Origin: Raillietiella orientalis | Lineage: Eukaryota | DNA length: 64,000 bases | Assembly (NCBI GenBank): GCA_036172245.1 | Contig: JAYWIR010000007.1 | Location: forward strand, 1-64,000 | Direction: 5' to 3' | In this document: positions 47,290-59,900 of the stretch, piece by piece | How positions within the stretch are numbered: position 1 is the first letter of the stretch | How the letters are laid out: every line of letters begins with the position of its first letter | The notes under the pieces: model-generated | Database searches by the model: none | What the model saw: the letters and a program-made list of their open reading frames with translations, nothing else | Told to the model about the DNA's origin: nothing | Made by a program: the position numbers and the translations under genes

Positions 47290-49750
47290 TATACCGGCGC
47301 ATTTATTACGTAAGTAATAAAGATACATCGGTGTGGTGAACTTGTGCGGTGAACCTGCCGAGAGCGGTGCGCAGACCAGAGAGGTCCGCTTCGGCAGCGT
47401 GGGGACAGGGAAGACAAAAACAAAAACAAAAAAGATAAACACACAAAACAGGGGGGGGGGGCATCATAGAATGGGAGGAGAGGGATCACGGTACTCTGCC
47501 CGGAGTCCTCTGCATCCTATTCAGGATGCTGGCAGGTTCTGTTCGTATAACGCCCTCGTGGGTTCATCTCGAGGCGGTCTTCAGGAAGATCCGCACCCAG
47601 TGGATGGCGTCCATTCCATTTCGACCTCTTCTTCTGGCGTTCCAGACCGCCATCATGATCTCGCGAAGACAGCAGGGAACCGCGAGGGACGCAGCTGGAG
47701 GCAGTGCGGCACCGCGCGCGAAGAGCCGTCTGAAAATGTTCTTGGGACCTCCTGCCGGGAACCTTAGGGTCGTCGAGAGGCAATCCCAAAGGAGTCGGAG
47801 GACGGCAGAGTCCAACAGAAGGTGCAGGAGGGTCTCCTTCTTCCCACACCTGTCTCACTGATCGTCCATGCTCCCCCGTGTCCAGTGGTGAAGGCGCTCC
47901 TTGCACGGGATTCCCCCATGCAACACCAACAACGCCAACTCCTGCCACTCGAGGGGGAGGGAGCCATTGTTCCAGCACGCTGGGCGATCCTTCACGTCCT
48001 CCGGTGGGATTGCGAGCAGCTCGTCTCAGCGTAGTGGTCCTTTGGGTGGGTCTCCTGGGGCTGCAGCGTCCGTCGCTTCCCGAGTTATCTCCACGCACCC
48101 AGAAGTTTCCTTTTTGCTGCAGGACACCTCCCACCTTGTTGGAAGGTCTCTTGCTTCCCTTAAGGAGGGCAGCAGTGATGGAAGGAGGAGTGAACGAACT
48201 CAGTGCATCTTGGGAGGGTTTGTCACGATGCCCCGGACTCACCCACTAGCGTGTGCGTCTTTCCCTAGGCAGGCGTATTGCACCTCGCTCGATTCATTGA
48301 TCGCCCCTCATCCTCCCTCCATGCGGAAGCTGACTCCTGCAGCCAGACGGTGCAGTTTGCCGGGAGGCAGGAGATCCAGATGTCCTCCTCCACCGAGGCA
48401 ACCATTTGCCAAATTGGTGGCCACCACTGTGCTTCAGACCTCGCTCGCTGGCCACGAGCACCGAAGACAGGCCGTCGCAGCCGGCTGCTCGCCAGGCGAG
48501 GATACGTGCTGCCGTTCGGTAGGGCAGGGCGCCTTACCCTCATCCACGTTCCCTGTGATTCCTGCAGTCGGGCATTCCACGGAGAGACCGGGTGAAACCC
48601 CTTGCACTTGAAGGTCCCGGTCCTCGAGGCGAGGGAGAGGTCCCGATCGTCCCACTTTCCCGATTGAGGTGATAATGGAGGCACCTGACGGGATATCCCG
48701 ACGCCCACTGCTTGGTGGCAGGAATCACTGGGAACGTGAATGCGGGTGGAAGGCCTAAGTATCCCGAACAGTAGCCCCATCCGGGAAACTCCCCCTTGCA
48801 GGGGAACTGGCCAAGACCATTGAGGATTACTTCATTTCTGAGGTTAGGATAAAGAGCATGCTCCTGGGAGATGACCTGTCCTATCTCCGGGGTCACTGAA
48901 CCCACTGGCCAGTGGTAATATCACTGGCCTAGCGAACGAGGACATTGCCAAGGTTCTAGCTCAGCGTCTCCAAAGATGAACGGAGTCTCCTGGGCGATTT
49001 CCCAGGGGAACTTCGAGATCTTCGGTGCTTCCAGGTCGGCACTCCTCCGTCCTGCCTCTCCGGCGCCGGCAAACTGTCATTCTTGCTGGTGCAGTGGCTG
49101 GCGCTCCTCCGAAGCGAGGATGTCGTCGCGACGGACGTGGACGCGCGCACTCTGTGGGCACAACAGGGAGTTCGATCGAGCGCCCTCCCGTTGACTCGTC
49201 TGGGGATCAGCGGCTCACCGCACCCAACACCCCACGCGGCGCATTGGATCGAGGGCTGCGGTTTGTGACCTTGGGGACGGATGGGAGCCGCTCGCTGGAA
49301 CGGAAGGTCAGCGGGTTGTTGGCGGTCATGGGAGCGTGGAACGCAGGATTCCACACGCTCCATTACTATTTTCCTGAACGGCCGCCGTGCTCGCCTGCGG
49401 GAAGGGCGGGAAGAGAGCTATCGACTTCGCCCGACCCTTCCAGGGTGCTTTTGCCCGAAAGGGGCCCGCTGCAGAGCGGTCGGCGGCTACCGCGAAGAGC
49501 CTGCCGAGACGCCCGGAAGCAGCGGGGAGACTCGGCAGTTCATCTTCGAAGAGCTGAACGTTTGGGAGCGTTCCAAAACTCCCTTCCGGACAATTCCGCC
49601 TCCGGCCATCCTTTGGAGACTTCGGAAGGAGGCAGGGAGGGACGAGGAACACCGTAAGCAGCAGCGCTTCTGCTCCGGGAGGGTCTGCTGAACCTCCTCC
49701 AGGAGAAACAGGTGGTCGTTCTCTTTCCTTAGCTTCTGAGTGCAGTTCCG
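47290..49750 (-). mobile_element. Decayed Tx1/L1-like LINE, copy 2 (GC-rich)
   Basis: RT remnants (IRPQGHKPQP, VRRDDI, GYLGLP) followed by zf-RVT LVLHGGIPCKERL..RCGKKETLLHLLLD..LLW and MAVWNAR; 3' AATAAA near 47305. Confidence 0.6.
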
Positions 49751-51169
49751 TGCCCCCTCTCTCCTTCCCCCCTCTCTCCGCATTCAGCAGAAGATGGTGC
49801 CCTTTCCGAACGGGGCTGCATGTGTGCCATCACGACATGACCAGCGGAAGGGTGGCTCCCCCCCAACTGTGGGGGCGCGGACCGAAGGAGTCAGTTATCC
49901 TCCCCTCCCACAGGGGTGGGGGTGCGTGGGAAGAGCTCCATCCCATCGGGGAGACGACGACTCCCACTGGACCTCACGAGGTGTTCCCTTTTTCCGGCAG
50001 TTTCGACGAGATTCTCCGCCGCCACGCGCGCCATCAGGGCACCCGGCCTTCGGGCGAAGCTCCGCCTACAAGGAAGAGCGACCATCCTCCCCCTCCCGCC
50101 TACGCAGAGAGGGAGGGCATCTCTCGCATTGCTCAAGGACTAACCAGGGTGATCGGAGCCTGGTGACCTTTCTTTTCCCTTTGTTATCCATTTTTATTTG
50201 TTTGTCGTTCCTTCTCCTTCGCGTGCTTCCGTCCTCTCTTTCCGGACCACGTGCGCGGCACACGCAGCCACGCCCTCCACCTCCCCTTTTCCCTTCCATG
50301 AATGTCCGAAGGCAGGGGGCTATCGAGTCCTGCGCTGCATTCCTGGGAATGCGCCCGGAGGAACCTGCAACGCTTCCTAGCACGACCTTCGGAAGTGATG
50401 ACGCAGGGCATGACAAAGTGGTCGACCCTGGCCGCCGCACCGCTTGCCGCAGCGCGGTCTGTCCTCAGGGCAAGAGACGAGCAGGAGCCGACCGACGAGG
50501 TAGGAGTTTTCCTGCACTATCGCAAGGAGGACGGAACTCCTCGGCGGCTGGAAGATGCGCTAGCTGGAGGATCATGCCACTCCTCCGCGTGCCGTGACGA
50601 CGGGACTCCTTCGGTGGAGAGCGTCCGAGGAACACGTGGTGGTCCCTGTCCAATGCCTGGACGCCTCTGCGTTCCCTCTCTTCCGGAAGCAGGCCATGCT
50701 ACTCTTCCCTCCGTTGGGGATTCCAGTGCAACGAGCGGCGGCACCCTCGTTTCCGCAGGGATTGCACCCCTGAGCTGCTCCATGCGCGGGGTCGGCGGAA
50801 CCGATCCCACCGCACCTGCTCCTGGACCGCCGTCCCCTCCAGGAACTGCGACGAGGATGGCGTCAGCGTTCTCGCTCCGGGAGAACACCGCATGTGACTG
50901 CACCGCGGAGGTTCTTCGCTCCCGACGGACTCCCGGTGATCGCAGCCATCGCAGTGCCATCCTCACGACCCACCATGCGCTCGAAACGCGGGAGCAGCGA
51001 AGGGAGGTCACCGGGATGGTAGCCTCCTACTTGAGGTCGCCTGCCATCCCGGTGACCTGCCAGGTGGCATCACCTGGTACAAGAAGTTCACTTCTTGTCG
51101 CCGGCATCCAGCGCCGGTTTGAGGAGACCTAGGAACGGCAGACGCCGGTGACCCTTGTGCCTGCCTCCC

Positions 51170-51200
<31 letters not shown>

Positions 51201-51699
51201 ATTCTCCGCTCCCTTTCGTTCCGTATTTTTCCCTGTGTTTACATACTGATCCCGGTGTATGCGGAGCAAACCCATCCCCCGGATTTTCATCTTTTTTTTT
51301 TTGTAGTCTCCCCTTCCCTTCCCATTCCGGACTTTCCGATATTCCAACTTCCGTGCCGATGGACCTTCCCCTTGAACTTCCCTTGTCATCGGTAGGGAAC
51401 CAACATGTTCCCGACTGGCTCATTTTTTAGGAAAATCAACGCCCCACTGTGACCGGATGAAAAACCCCCGATAGTTGTAAAAATGGGTGCGCTTGTTTTT
51501 GATAATAAACGCCCCGAGCGAGACCTCGTCCCGGACTGACTGGCCGCTTGTTTAACATATAAGTAAGCCAGATTTCTGCCGTCAGAGAGGGACCGACGTG
51601 TGCCGGCCCGAAGCCGAAGGGACTGTCCTCGCTAGAGGCAGGGTTGGGGACAAGTCGAGGAAGAGGACGGAAGGCCAATAAATGAATAAATATATAGGG

Positions 51700-54600
51700 A
51701 ATGAGGTGGACCGGCCTCGAAGTAACGAACGCGGTTCCCGGGAGTCCGTGTCAGGAAGGGAAGAAATGTGGGTGCCGGTGAGTTCGGGGGTCGACAAGAG
51801 GGTGATCCCTTGCTCTTCACCTCCCACTCTGGACCGTTTCGATGCCCCCCGCAAACAGGCGGCGGCAAACGGCTCCCGCGACGAGGGTCACACTCTTCCT
51901 CCACCTTGGTGGTCACCGTTGCTCTCACGTGACACGGGACGAAAGAATGGTCCACACTTCTTCAAGCAGCTTCCTGTGGGGGTGGCGTTGCGGAGATGGC
52001 GCACCCTTGCGCATTCAGGAAGCGCATACGGAAACCCCCCCTCCCCGCAGAGGTGGAGTTCCTAGGCGGTATCGGGAGAAAAAGGTTAGCCTCTCGGGAA
52101 TCGTGCTGCTCACCTCGAGACCGATCGATCCCACCTCTTCTTCACCCTCCATCTCCTCCCTTTTCGGTCGACCTAGTGACCTTGGGATCCTTCGACCTTC
52201 TTCCCGCACCGCATTTCACGAAACGCGCTAGTCATGAGGGAAGCTGCCGGAAGGCAGGGAGAACACCGGACGCGCGGAACGTGCACGGCGTGGGAAGGAA
52301 CGCCGTCTCTCAGGACAAAGTGGTCCACACCAAGCAACGGCACGGAAGACTCTCAACTTCATCGTGAAGGCAGCTACCATTTCGTACGGGAATTGACCAT
52401 CCACCCCCTCGCAGCTTCAAGGCCCCTACCCCGGGGTCGAGTGACTGGTCAGGAGGAGGATGGCGCCTCATCCAGAGTCACACCGCACGCCGAGCCTTCT
52501 CGGCTCTGCGGCAGTAGCGCGAGACGCAGACGAGGGTCCACCCAGGGCAGGGGACCACCGCGCTGACACGCAGGAGCGACTCCTCCACCAGCAAATCCGG
52601 GACTCCGCAACGGGAAGCGCCATTCCTCCGGACTAGCTCTTGGAGTGGACGTCAGTGCAGAAGGAGCTCCACTGCTGCAGATTTGTCACATTCTCCAGTT
52701 GCGGGGGAGGTGCCCTTTCTTCCTCCTTCCTTCTTCCTCCTCCTCCTCCACACCTGCACTGATTCAGTGATGCTCGTAGCCTTCCTCACGGGGTGGTCCG
52801 CCCGATAGAGTGCCGCTACCGGTCCCTCTCGGACCACCGGGACGACCACGAGGAGGCGCAGGAGGCGGCGGGGCCGAAGCAGCGCGGGCGAACGGGGACG
52901 CCGAACCTTCCTTCCTCCGGAGCTGATTGGGCTCCCACTGGTGTGCTTTCCGGCTCTACTGCCGCCGACCTCAGGACCACGTGACCACTGGCGTGACGCG
53001 CACGAGAGAGACGGCTCCTTCCTGAAGGGAGCTCCTCGCGGGAGGTTCCGGAGTCCCTCCAAACCTCAAGAGGATCAGCAGACCCGTGGAGGCGCCGGCA
53101 CAGCATCGGGAGCAGAGGCCGCGCGAGCGTCGACGGAGCCAGCGTTGGGAGCCTCGCAGGCTGCGTTGCCACCATTAGGAACACCAGGCATCAGAAGCAT
53201 CACTGCTGGAGGCGCAAATGTCAACAGGGTCAGCAGGAGAGTCGCTAACGGTGATCCTACCTCCGAGAGACCTCATGAAGGAGCCGGATTCCTCCCCCAG
53301 GAGCGTCTCCCCCGAAATCCTGCAGATCCGGAAAGGGCAGCGGCGGCGGAAGGGCGGCCGACCTTGGGAGCTGGGGCGCTGCGTCCGCATCGGCTGGGTG
53401 TTGCCGATGCGGACATGCAGCATCCGCGCCGCCTTGCAAGCCGAAGGAACAGCCGCGATGTCTTCGCCCCCTGCACAGCTAGTGGCCGATTCGGAAGGGG
53501 AGAGGAGGAATCTTGCGCAACTGCCCTTTGCCTTGAGGTCGGCTTCACAGTCCAGCGATAGCGGTGGCGCCTCCGTCCGTCTCCTGAGTCGGCGGGAAGG
53601 AGGACGGGAGCATCTGTCCTACGGTTTCCCCGAGGGTATTTTCGCCTGCTCTGGGATGCAGGAGAGAGGGACCCCGCGGCCACTGGGACTTTCGCGCGCG
53701 GCGACCTGCCGAGGAGGACCCGCCCTGCCTCGCGTTCATCCCGGCGTTTTGCACCGGCGGCGCCGCAGCCCGGAAGAGGAACCTTGCGGCGCCCTCCACG
53801 GACCTCCCGGATTCGACTGAGAGACTCGGTGGCGCCCCTCACCAGGATGCCGGGCTGGGCATCCTGACCTCCCGCCAGAACGGACTGCATTTCCAACTTT
53901 TGACCCCTTTGCCGAATCGTGGACCGCCTGTCACCGGTGTGCTTCGGCGTGCCACATCCTCCAGCGATCCGCAGGAGTTCCTTCGCTGGCTCCGCGCAGC
54001 CGGCATAGAATGACTGAATTTGGTTATTCTCCTGAGGCGTCTGTCCTCACTTCTGGTAGCTCACCCGTGGATCTTCTGCCGTCCCACAGACTGGAACGCC
54101 AGGCGAGGGAGGAGGCGCTGGAGTCCTGGGTTGCCCCTCTGGAAGTGCGCCCGGAGGAACTGCGGGAATTCGTATGCAAACCGCCAGGAGATCTCCTGCA
54201 GGACTGGACGCAGTGATCCCGGATAGCTGTCGCACCCCTTGCCGCGGCGTCATCTGCCCTCGGGACAAGCAGAGAGAGCAGCCAGCCGGAGGAGCGGGGA
54301 GTTCGTCCGCACTATCTGAGGAACCGAAAAACTCCTCGACGGCTGCAGGACGAGAGCGTTGCTGGACGGCGCCACTCGCCGTTCCAGGACAAAGGGACTC
54401 CTTCGGTGGAGCGATCTACTCGGTACGCCTCCGAAGAACTCGTGGTCCCTCCCCTGTGTGTGGACACCTCCGTGTTCCCGCTTCAGTGGAAACAGGAATG
54501 TTCTGTTTCTTCACTGGAGGTTGCCGGTGCAACCAACGCAGGCGCTTGGTTTCTGGGGCAGGTGCGCCTCCCCAAATCGTTAAAAGTGCCGGACGACGGG

Positions 54601-54720
54601 ATCGTTCCCTCACCTCCTGTTGGTCTGCAGTGTCCTGGAGGGCACGTGGCGGGGACTCGCTCCGGCACTCCGTCGAGCGCAGGGCCTGCCGAGGAGGTTC
54701 TTCACTCAAGGCGCTTTTAG
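51700..54720 (-). mobile_element. Decayed RNase H-bearing LINE (I/Ingi-like)
   Basis: In order: AVAQDSSSP (~GVPQGSxLSP), GGADAA (~YADD), TLARPLL..W, STPVGA, GVPSHA (RNase H) and SVDHSFVPC (zinc knuckle). Confidence 0.45.
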
Positions 54721-56299
54721 GAAGGAGGGAACAATTGAAACCAAAGTCCTTACCCTCCCGTCTTTTTTTCATTTATTTATTGTCCTCGCCCTCCGTTCCC
54801 TACTTTTTTAGAAGCCGGTTTGCGTGCCGGTGGTCACTCCCAATAAACTTCTTTGGGGAGGGGAGGGGGGGGGAACTCTTTTGTATTCAGGGTACGCCGT
54901 TCCCCTCTGACCTGTGGTTTGTTCTTTAACCCTTTGAGTGCGCAGCTCATCAGATGGAAGCGGTCCGTGTTGACGTCACGCGAGTCTCAGTGGCGATCCC
55001 TGTGGACGGAATGCTTTTTCGCGTACCGCGTGTTCTGCCGAGGTACCGATTCACCATATAAAGTTCTGATTACACTTACTATTGTAATTGTTTATTTACA
55101 GACATTAAATAAAATATTTTCATTTTTTCCAAACATATGTTATGTATTTAAAATTTATAATTATGAGTCCAAGAAAATCAATAATTCATTTGGGTGTCGT
55201 ACAATATAATAAATTATATACGGCACAACAATAATAATATGCTATTCTCGGAATTGAATTGTTAGCCGATATAAATAGAATTTTGTTTACTGTCGTTGCT
55301 AAGGTAATTATAAGAACGTAAGTGAATGGGATAACGTTGATAGTGTTAACTTATGTAGCGTGTATAAAATAAAAACATTTGCCAAACGCATATGTGCGTC
55401 CATAGCACGCAAAGAGCTAAATAAACATCCCGGCGTGAACAGCTAAAAAGGGCCCACGGGCGCACAGACGCGGAGCGCAGCCGGCACGCGAGCGGGGCTC
55501 CAAGGTGCGCTCCCTTTGCGTGGACGATAAGGGGTGGGTCACGGGCCGCTTCATCGTGGGGAGTTCTCCCGGTGAGGGCGGCGCGCGGAAGGCGGGAAGC
55601 CGCCAGTCCAGGGCAGGAAATGCCAGGCGAACCCAACGCACCCGCAGATCTCCTCGCGCGACGAAGAGACCGAGCCGTCGCTATGGACGCGGTGGCGCCC
55701 CCTTCCGGAATCCCCCGGAGGCGCCTACGCCAACTCGGAGCGAACTGGCGAAACGCGAATGCTGCAATGCAGCCCTCCAGATGTTCTCCAACGAGGTTGC
55801 CGCCTCGGGGAACGCAGCCGCCGCGAGATCGCTGGACCGCGAGGCCTAGTCCGGCAATCCAACGCTCCAAGAATGGGGGGATCTCTCGACCCTGCGCCAA
55901 TGGCCCGAGGGCACAGCGTGGTGTCATCCCACATCAGGTAAAGCAGGGACATCCCCCCCTTCCGGACGCGCCGCCCCTGACCAGACTGCGGGCGACCCGA
56001 AGATCAGGTCGACTGGATTCGACCCGCGAGAGGTCGAGTCGATAGGGAGGGATGCGGCAGCCGCGGGAACCCGGAGCGAGCGCGCGCGACGCGACGGAAG
56101 CCGGTCGCCAGCCCGAAGCGGCATTCGAGGCGGTGGGTTCGAAACCCGCCGACAACCCCTTGACAGAACGCCCCCCGAACTCAGCGGCTTGCCCGAGGAG
56201 GCTGCGCGGGCGGTTGAGGCGCGCGGACAGGAAAGCGCGCGCGGCATTCCCGGAGGACAGGAACCGCTCGCCGGGGTCCATCGGGAACAGTGCCTGAGG

Positions 56300-59200
56300 C
56301 GTAGGTGCGGCGGAAGCTGCAAGAATCGCGGAAGTCCCGCACCCTCATCCTTCTCTGCTGGTCCCGAACTGAGCGAATCCGTGATGGCCTGGATTGTGGG
56401 GACGCCCGGATAGCCCTTTGCCCAAAGATGAGCGCGCTGAGCAGCAGCTCCTTTCCTACCGGGGTCCGAGGAAGAGGAGGAAGAGGGGGAGGGGGAGATG
56501 GTCTCGGAGGAGAGGCTCGGTCAGACGAAAGGGGAAGGAGGAAGAGGTACCGCAGTCTAGTCCCCTTCCGTCCTCATCCCTTCCGCGACGCGGGCGCTGA
56601 CCACCTCCCTCTAGGGTCGGGGTGTGGTCAGCAAGAAGGATCGCCACGCGGACTGCCCCCGTACCGGGAGCACAAGGTGGCGCCTGCCGTGAGAGAACGC
56701 GGGAGTCCGTCCGGGGAGGCGAAACGCCCCCAGAAGCACGAGTGCCTCACCTCCTTCCCGTCCTCCCCGAACGGAGGGCGCCGCAGCCCGGCAGGAGGCG
56801 GCGCCAGGAGGATTGGACTACTCAGGTACGCGGCGAGGCAGTCGGGTGGTGGCTCCAGGAGCCACGCACGCTGCGTGCGGAGGGAGGTTCTACGGAGGAA
56901 AGGAGGGGGACAAAGGGGACGAACCATCGGGAAGTCCCTTCGGCTCTGACGCGACTTTCAAGCGCCTGGGGATCCTGAAAGGGTGCTGTCGCGTCCTCGG
57001 CGACGCCGACTTCTTCCCGGACCCAGAGGGGAGGAAAGAGTCCGCCTTCTTCCAGGGCGAGAACTCCAGGGACCTTTTTGAGGTCGAAGCCTGCGAGGGC
57101 GTTCTGGAGGATGCGCGACTCCAGCGGTCTTCGAGGAACGGGCGCGCCCGTTTCTCGATCCCGGACGAAAGAAGAGGGACTCGTCCACGAGGGATAACTC
57201 GGGACACGCCTCGTCCTGCTCCCCGCGTCCGGGACGGAGGGCGTGGGGCAGAGTGCACACAGGGATGCGGGGGCGGGCAGGGCTCTCGCCTGCCGGCCGG
57301 CCGGGACAGGCACCTCTTCCGGCAAGTCTCGTGACCCTCTGGCGGATAGGGGAAGGAGGGGGCGCCCGAGGTGTCGGTGTCGGGGGCCGCCTCCTGGCGC
57401 CGGCGTGCGTCCGCTCGGGAAGGGCACGGTCTCGGTGCAGGGAGCAAGCAGAAAAGGGCAGACAGGCCCACTCAGCTCTGCTGGACCCTCGCCCGCGTGC
57501 TCCAAGTGGCCAAGAGGACCAGCTGCCTCTCACTCTCCGTCGGGGAGCTTCGTGGTCCCGTGGGATGGGGAAATACCCATCCGCCGTATTCCCCGTGGGG
57601 AAGGCGGCCACTCAGGTCCGAGGCGTTCCTTCGCGCCCCGTAAGGGGTCTCCAAAGGGAGCACCCCCGAGCGAGGCCGTGGGCAGAATGTGGTGCTTCCT
57701 GGTTTTCTCCAGGGGGCGTAAACTCACCGGTAAACTCACCACCCCTCGGCGTGCCAAAGTTCGTCGCCGGCAGATGCTCTGGTCACCCTTCGAAGGGAAG
57801 CTGCAGAGGCCTCCAGGCGCCGGTCACCCGCTCCTGGGGGCATCTGGCAGGCCGATCCCGCAGCCCGGCCGTCGGCCCCTCCCGTCCGCAGCGTGGCCAC
57901 GCTAAGTGAGGTGGCGCCCCACTTCCTGCACGCGCGTGGGGTCGCTGGGTCTTTCGAACAGAGCTCGGCTATCCTCAAGAGGGCGCCTGAGGGGCAGATC
58001 CGGGGAAGTCTCCCAGGGACTCCCGGCTCTCCTACAAGGGGGTCTCCCGCGCTCCCGGAGCAGTGAGAAGCTGAGGTCGAGCACATCCGCCGCCGCCCGT
58101 CGCGTCTCCCCCCCCAGCCGCCGCTGCCTCCCGGTCGCCCCGGTTGTGGACACCCGCACCGGGGGCAAGCGGGTCGGGACGCGCCTTCCCGGAGTGGGGA
58201 AGGCCGCCACCGCGGATTCTAGGCAGCCGAGCTTCTGGGAGTTGGGAGTCGACCACGCCTCTCTCGAGTCCTCGGGCAGCGGACCCCAGGCGCCGCGTCA
58301 GGGGGAACAGATCGTCCCCTGCGGCGTCCCCCAAGAGCCCGCCTCTCGCTCCTCAGAGACGGAGGAAACGACCCGGATGGGGATGGGTGAGGTGAGGGAT
58401 GAGCAGTCCCCGCCCTTTTTGGACCAGTTGCTCGCTCCGGGAGGAGGCGCCTGGAGAGGGCGCGAGGAGTACGGCATCCCGGGGGTGAGTGTACCGCTTT
58501 CGGTCGAGTCTCCACCACCAACTGCCCGGAGGGAAGGGTTGCCAGGTGGTCGGCAGTCTCTTCACCCGCGGCTCCAGGGGGCTCCGCCGTCGCTCTCCGC
58601 TTCCTCGGACTGCCGCCCGATGGCAGCAGCAGGCCGCCGGTGGAACCGAAGGGAGTCCAGCGTCGCCTCGCCAACTGCCTGGACGCTCCATCGTCCAACC
58701 TCCGCGCCGCTCACCACGAAAGGCGTCTCTGGCGGCGGTTGGGGAGGAGAGGGGAGAGAGTCGACCCTCCACCCTCGGGGAACGGGCGCGTGGCAGCAGC
58801 GACCCTCGGCCGGAACACCCTGCAGACGCAGGACGAATTCCATCTCCCCCACAGGGGCGCTGCCGAGGACCTGGGAGTAGCCCGTGCAACGAGAGGAGGT
58901 GACTGTGGCGGCGCTTCCTAGGACCTTCGTCCCCACGTCTTCGTGGGGAGGTTCAGCACTCGGATGGGGGTGGATGAGGTGAGGGATGAGCAGCCCCCGC
59001 CCTTTTTGTCCAGCTGCTCGCTCCGGGAGGAGGCTCCTGGAGAGGGCGCGAGGAGCAGCCCCCTCCCCCACCCTTTCGGGAACCCACAGGAGTCCGGAAG
59101 GAGGCGGCAGTGGCCACTGCCGCACACGAGCGCGGCGATTTCTCTAAGAACCCTCCCGTACCGCCGCGCGCAGGAAGGGTCCGGGAAGAAGAGGAAAAGT

Positions 59201-59900
59201 CCAAGGGACGCCGCCACTCACCTCAGGCGCGCGAGTCGGCCCAGCAGGCGACCGTCCGACCGACGTCGCCTGGACGAGTTCACCTGCGCTCCAACGAGGG
59301 GAGGCGGCGTGTTCGTTCCCCCAGATCGGCACAGAGAGAAGGCAGTGGCTGCGAGAGCCGCCCTCTCCCCCAAGGGGGTCGGTCCGGGTCTCCCGGAACG
59401 AAGGCCATTCCTCGAGGAGGAGTTGCTGCCCTGGGTCGCACCCGCCCACCTGTTCCGAAAGAACCGCGCGCTTCAGCGACGCACACTCTCCTTCGTCCGG
59501 CAGGCTGTCGGGGTAACGCATGAGGTTCGAGGAGCCTGCCTGTCCTCCCCACCCCATGTCCTCCCCTTGCCGAGCCTGGAGGACGGGGTTTTCTGCTTCC
59601 TGTCTCCGTGGCAGGCTGGGCACAAGCGCCGGTTGAGGACCCCTTCCGGTAAGATCTGGGGGGAGATCACCAGAGGGAGGGGGACACCTCCCGCAGCGTA
59701 CCGGGAAGGACGAGGGAAGGGATCGTCCTAGTCTCCTCCCTGGGAGTCATTCCTGGAGGAAGGGAGAGAAGGGAACGACTTTCCAGGCGGCGAAGGAACC
59801 CCGGAGGGTGAAGGAGGGGGATGGGACTCCCTTGTCGACTCCCCGCGTGGCCCTCGCTTCTCCCTGAGTGACAGCTCCGAAGGGAAAGAGGCAGGAAAAA
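56300..59900 (+). mobile_element. Decayed LINE (RT + RNase H remnants)
   Basis: KESAFFQGENSRD (~QxGFRxGRSxxD), IPRGEGGHSGP (~GVPQG region), IVPCGVPQEP (~GAxxTSP) and RNase H-like remnants near 59350-59640. Confidence 0.35.
58374..59055 (+). repeat. About 95-bp direct repeat pair (58374-58469 and 58961-59055)
   Basis: CGGATGGGG..TGAGGTGAGGGATGAGCAG..GCTCGCTCCGGGAGGAGGC.CCTGGAGAGGGCGCGAGGAG present twice with few differences. Confidence 0.9.

Noticed and set aside
47386..47398. U6 snRNA 5' end (GCTTCGGCAGC)
   Set aside because: Only about 11 nt match with no continuation; it is one arm of the LINE 3'UTR stem-loop.
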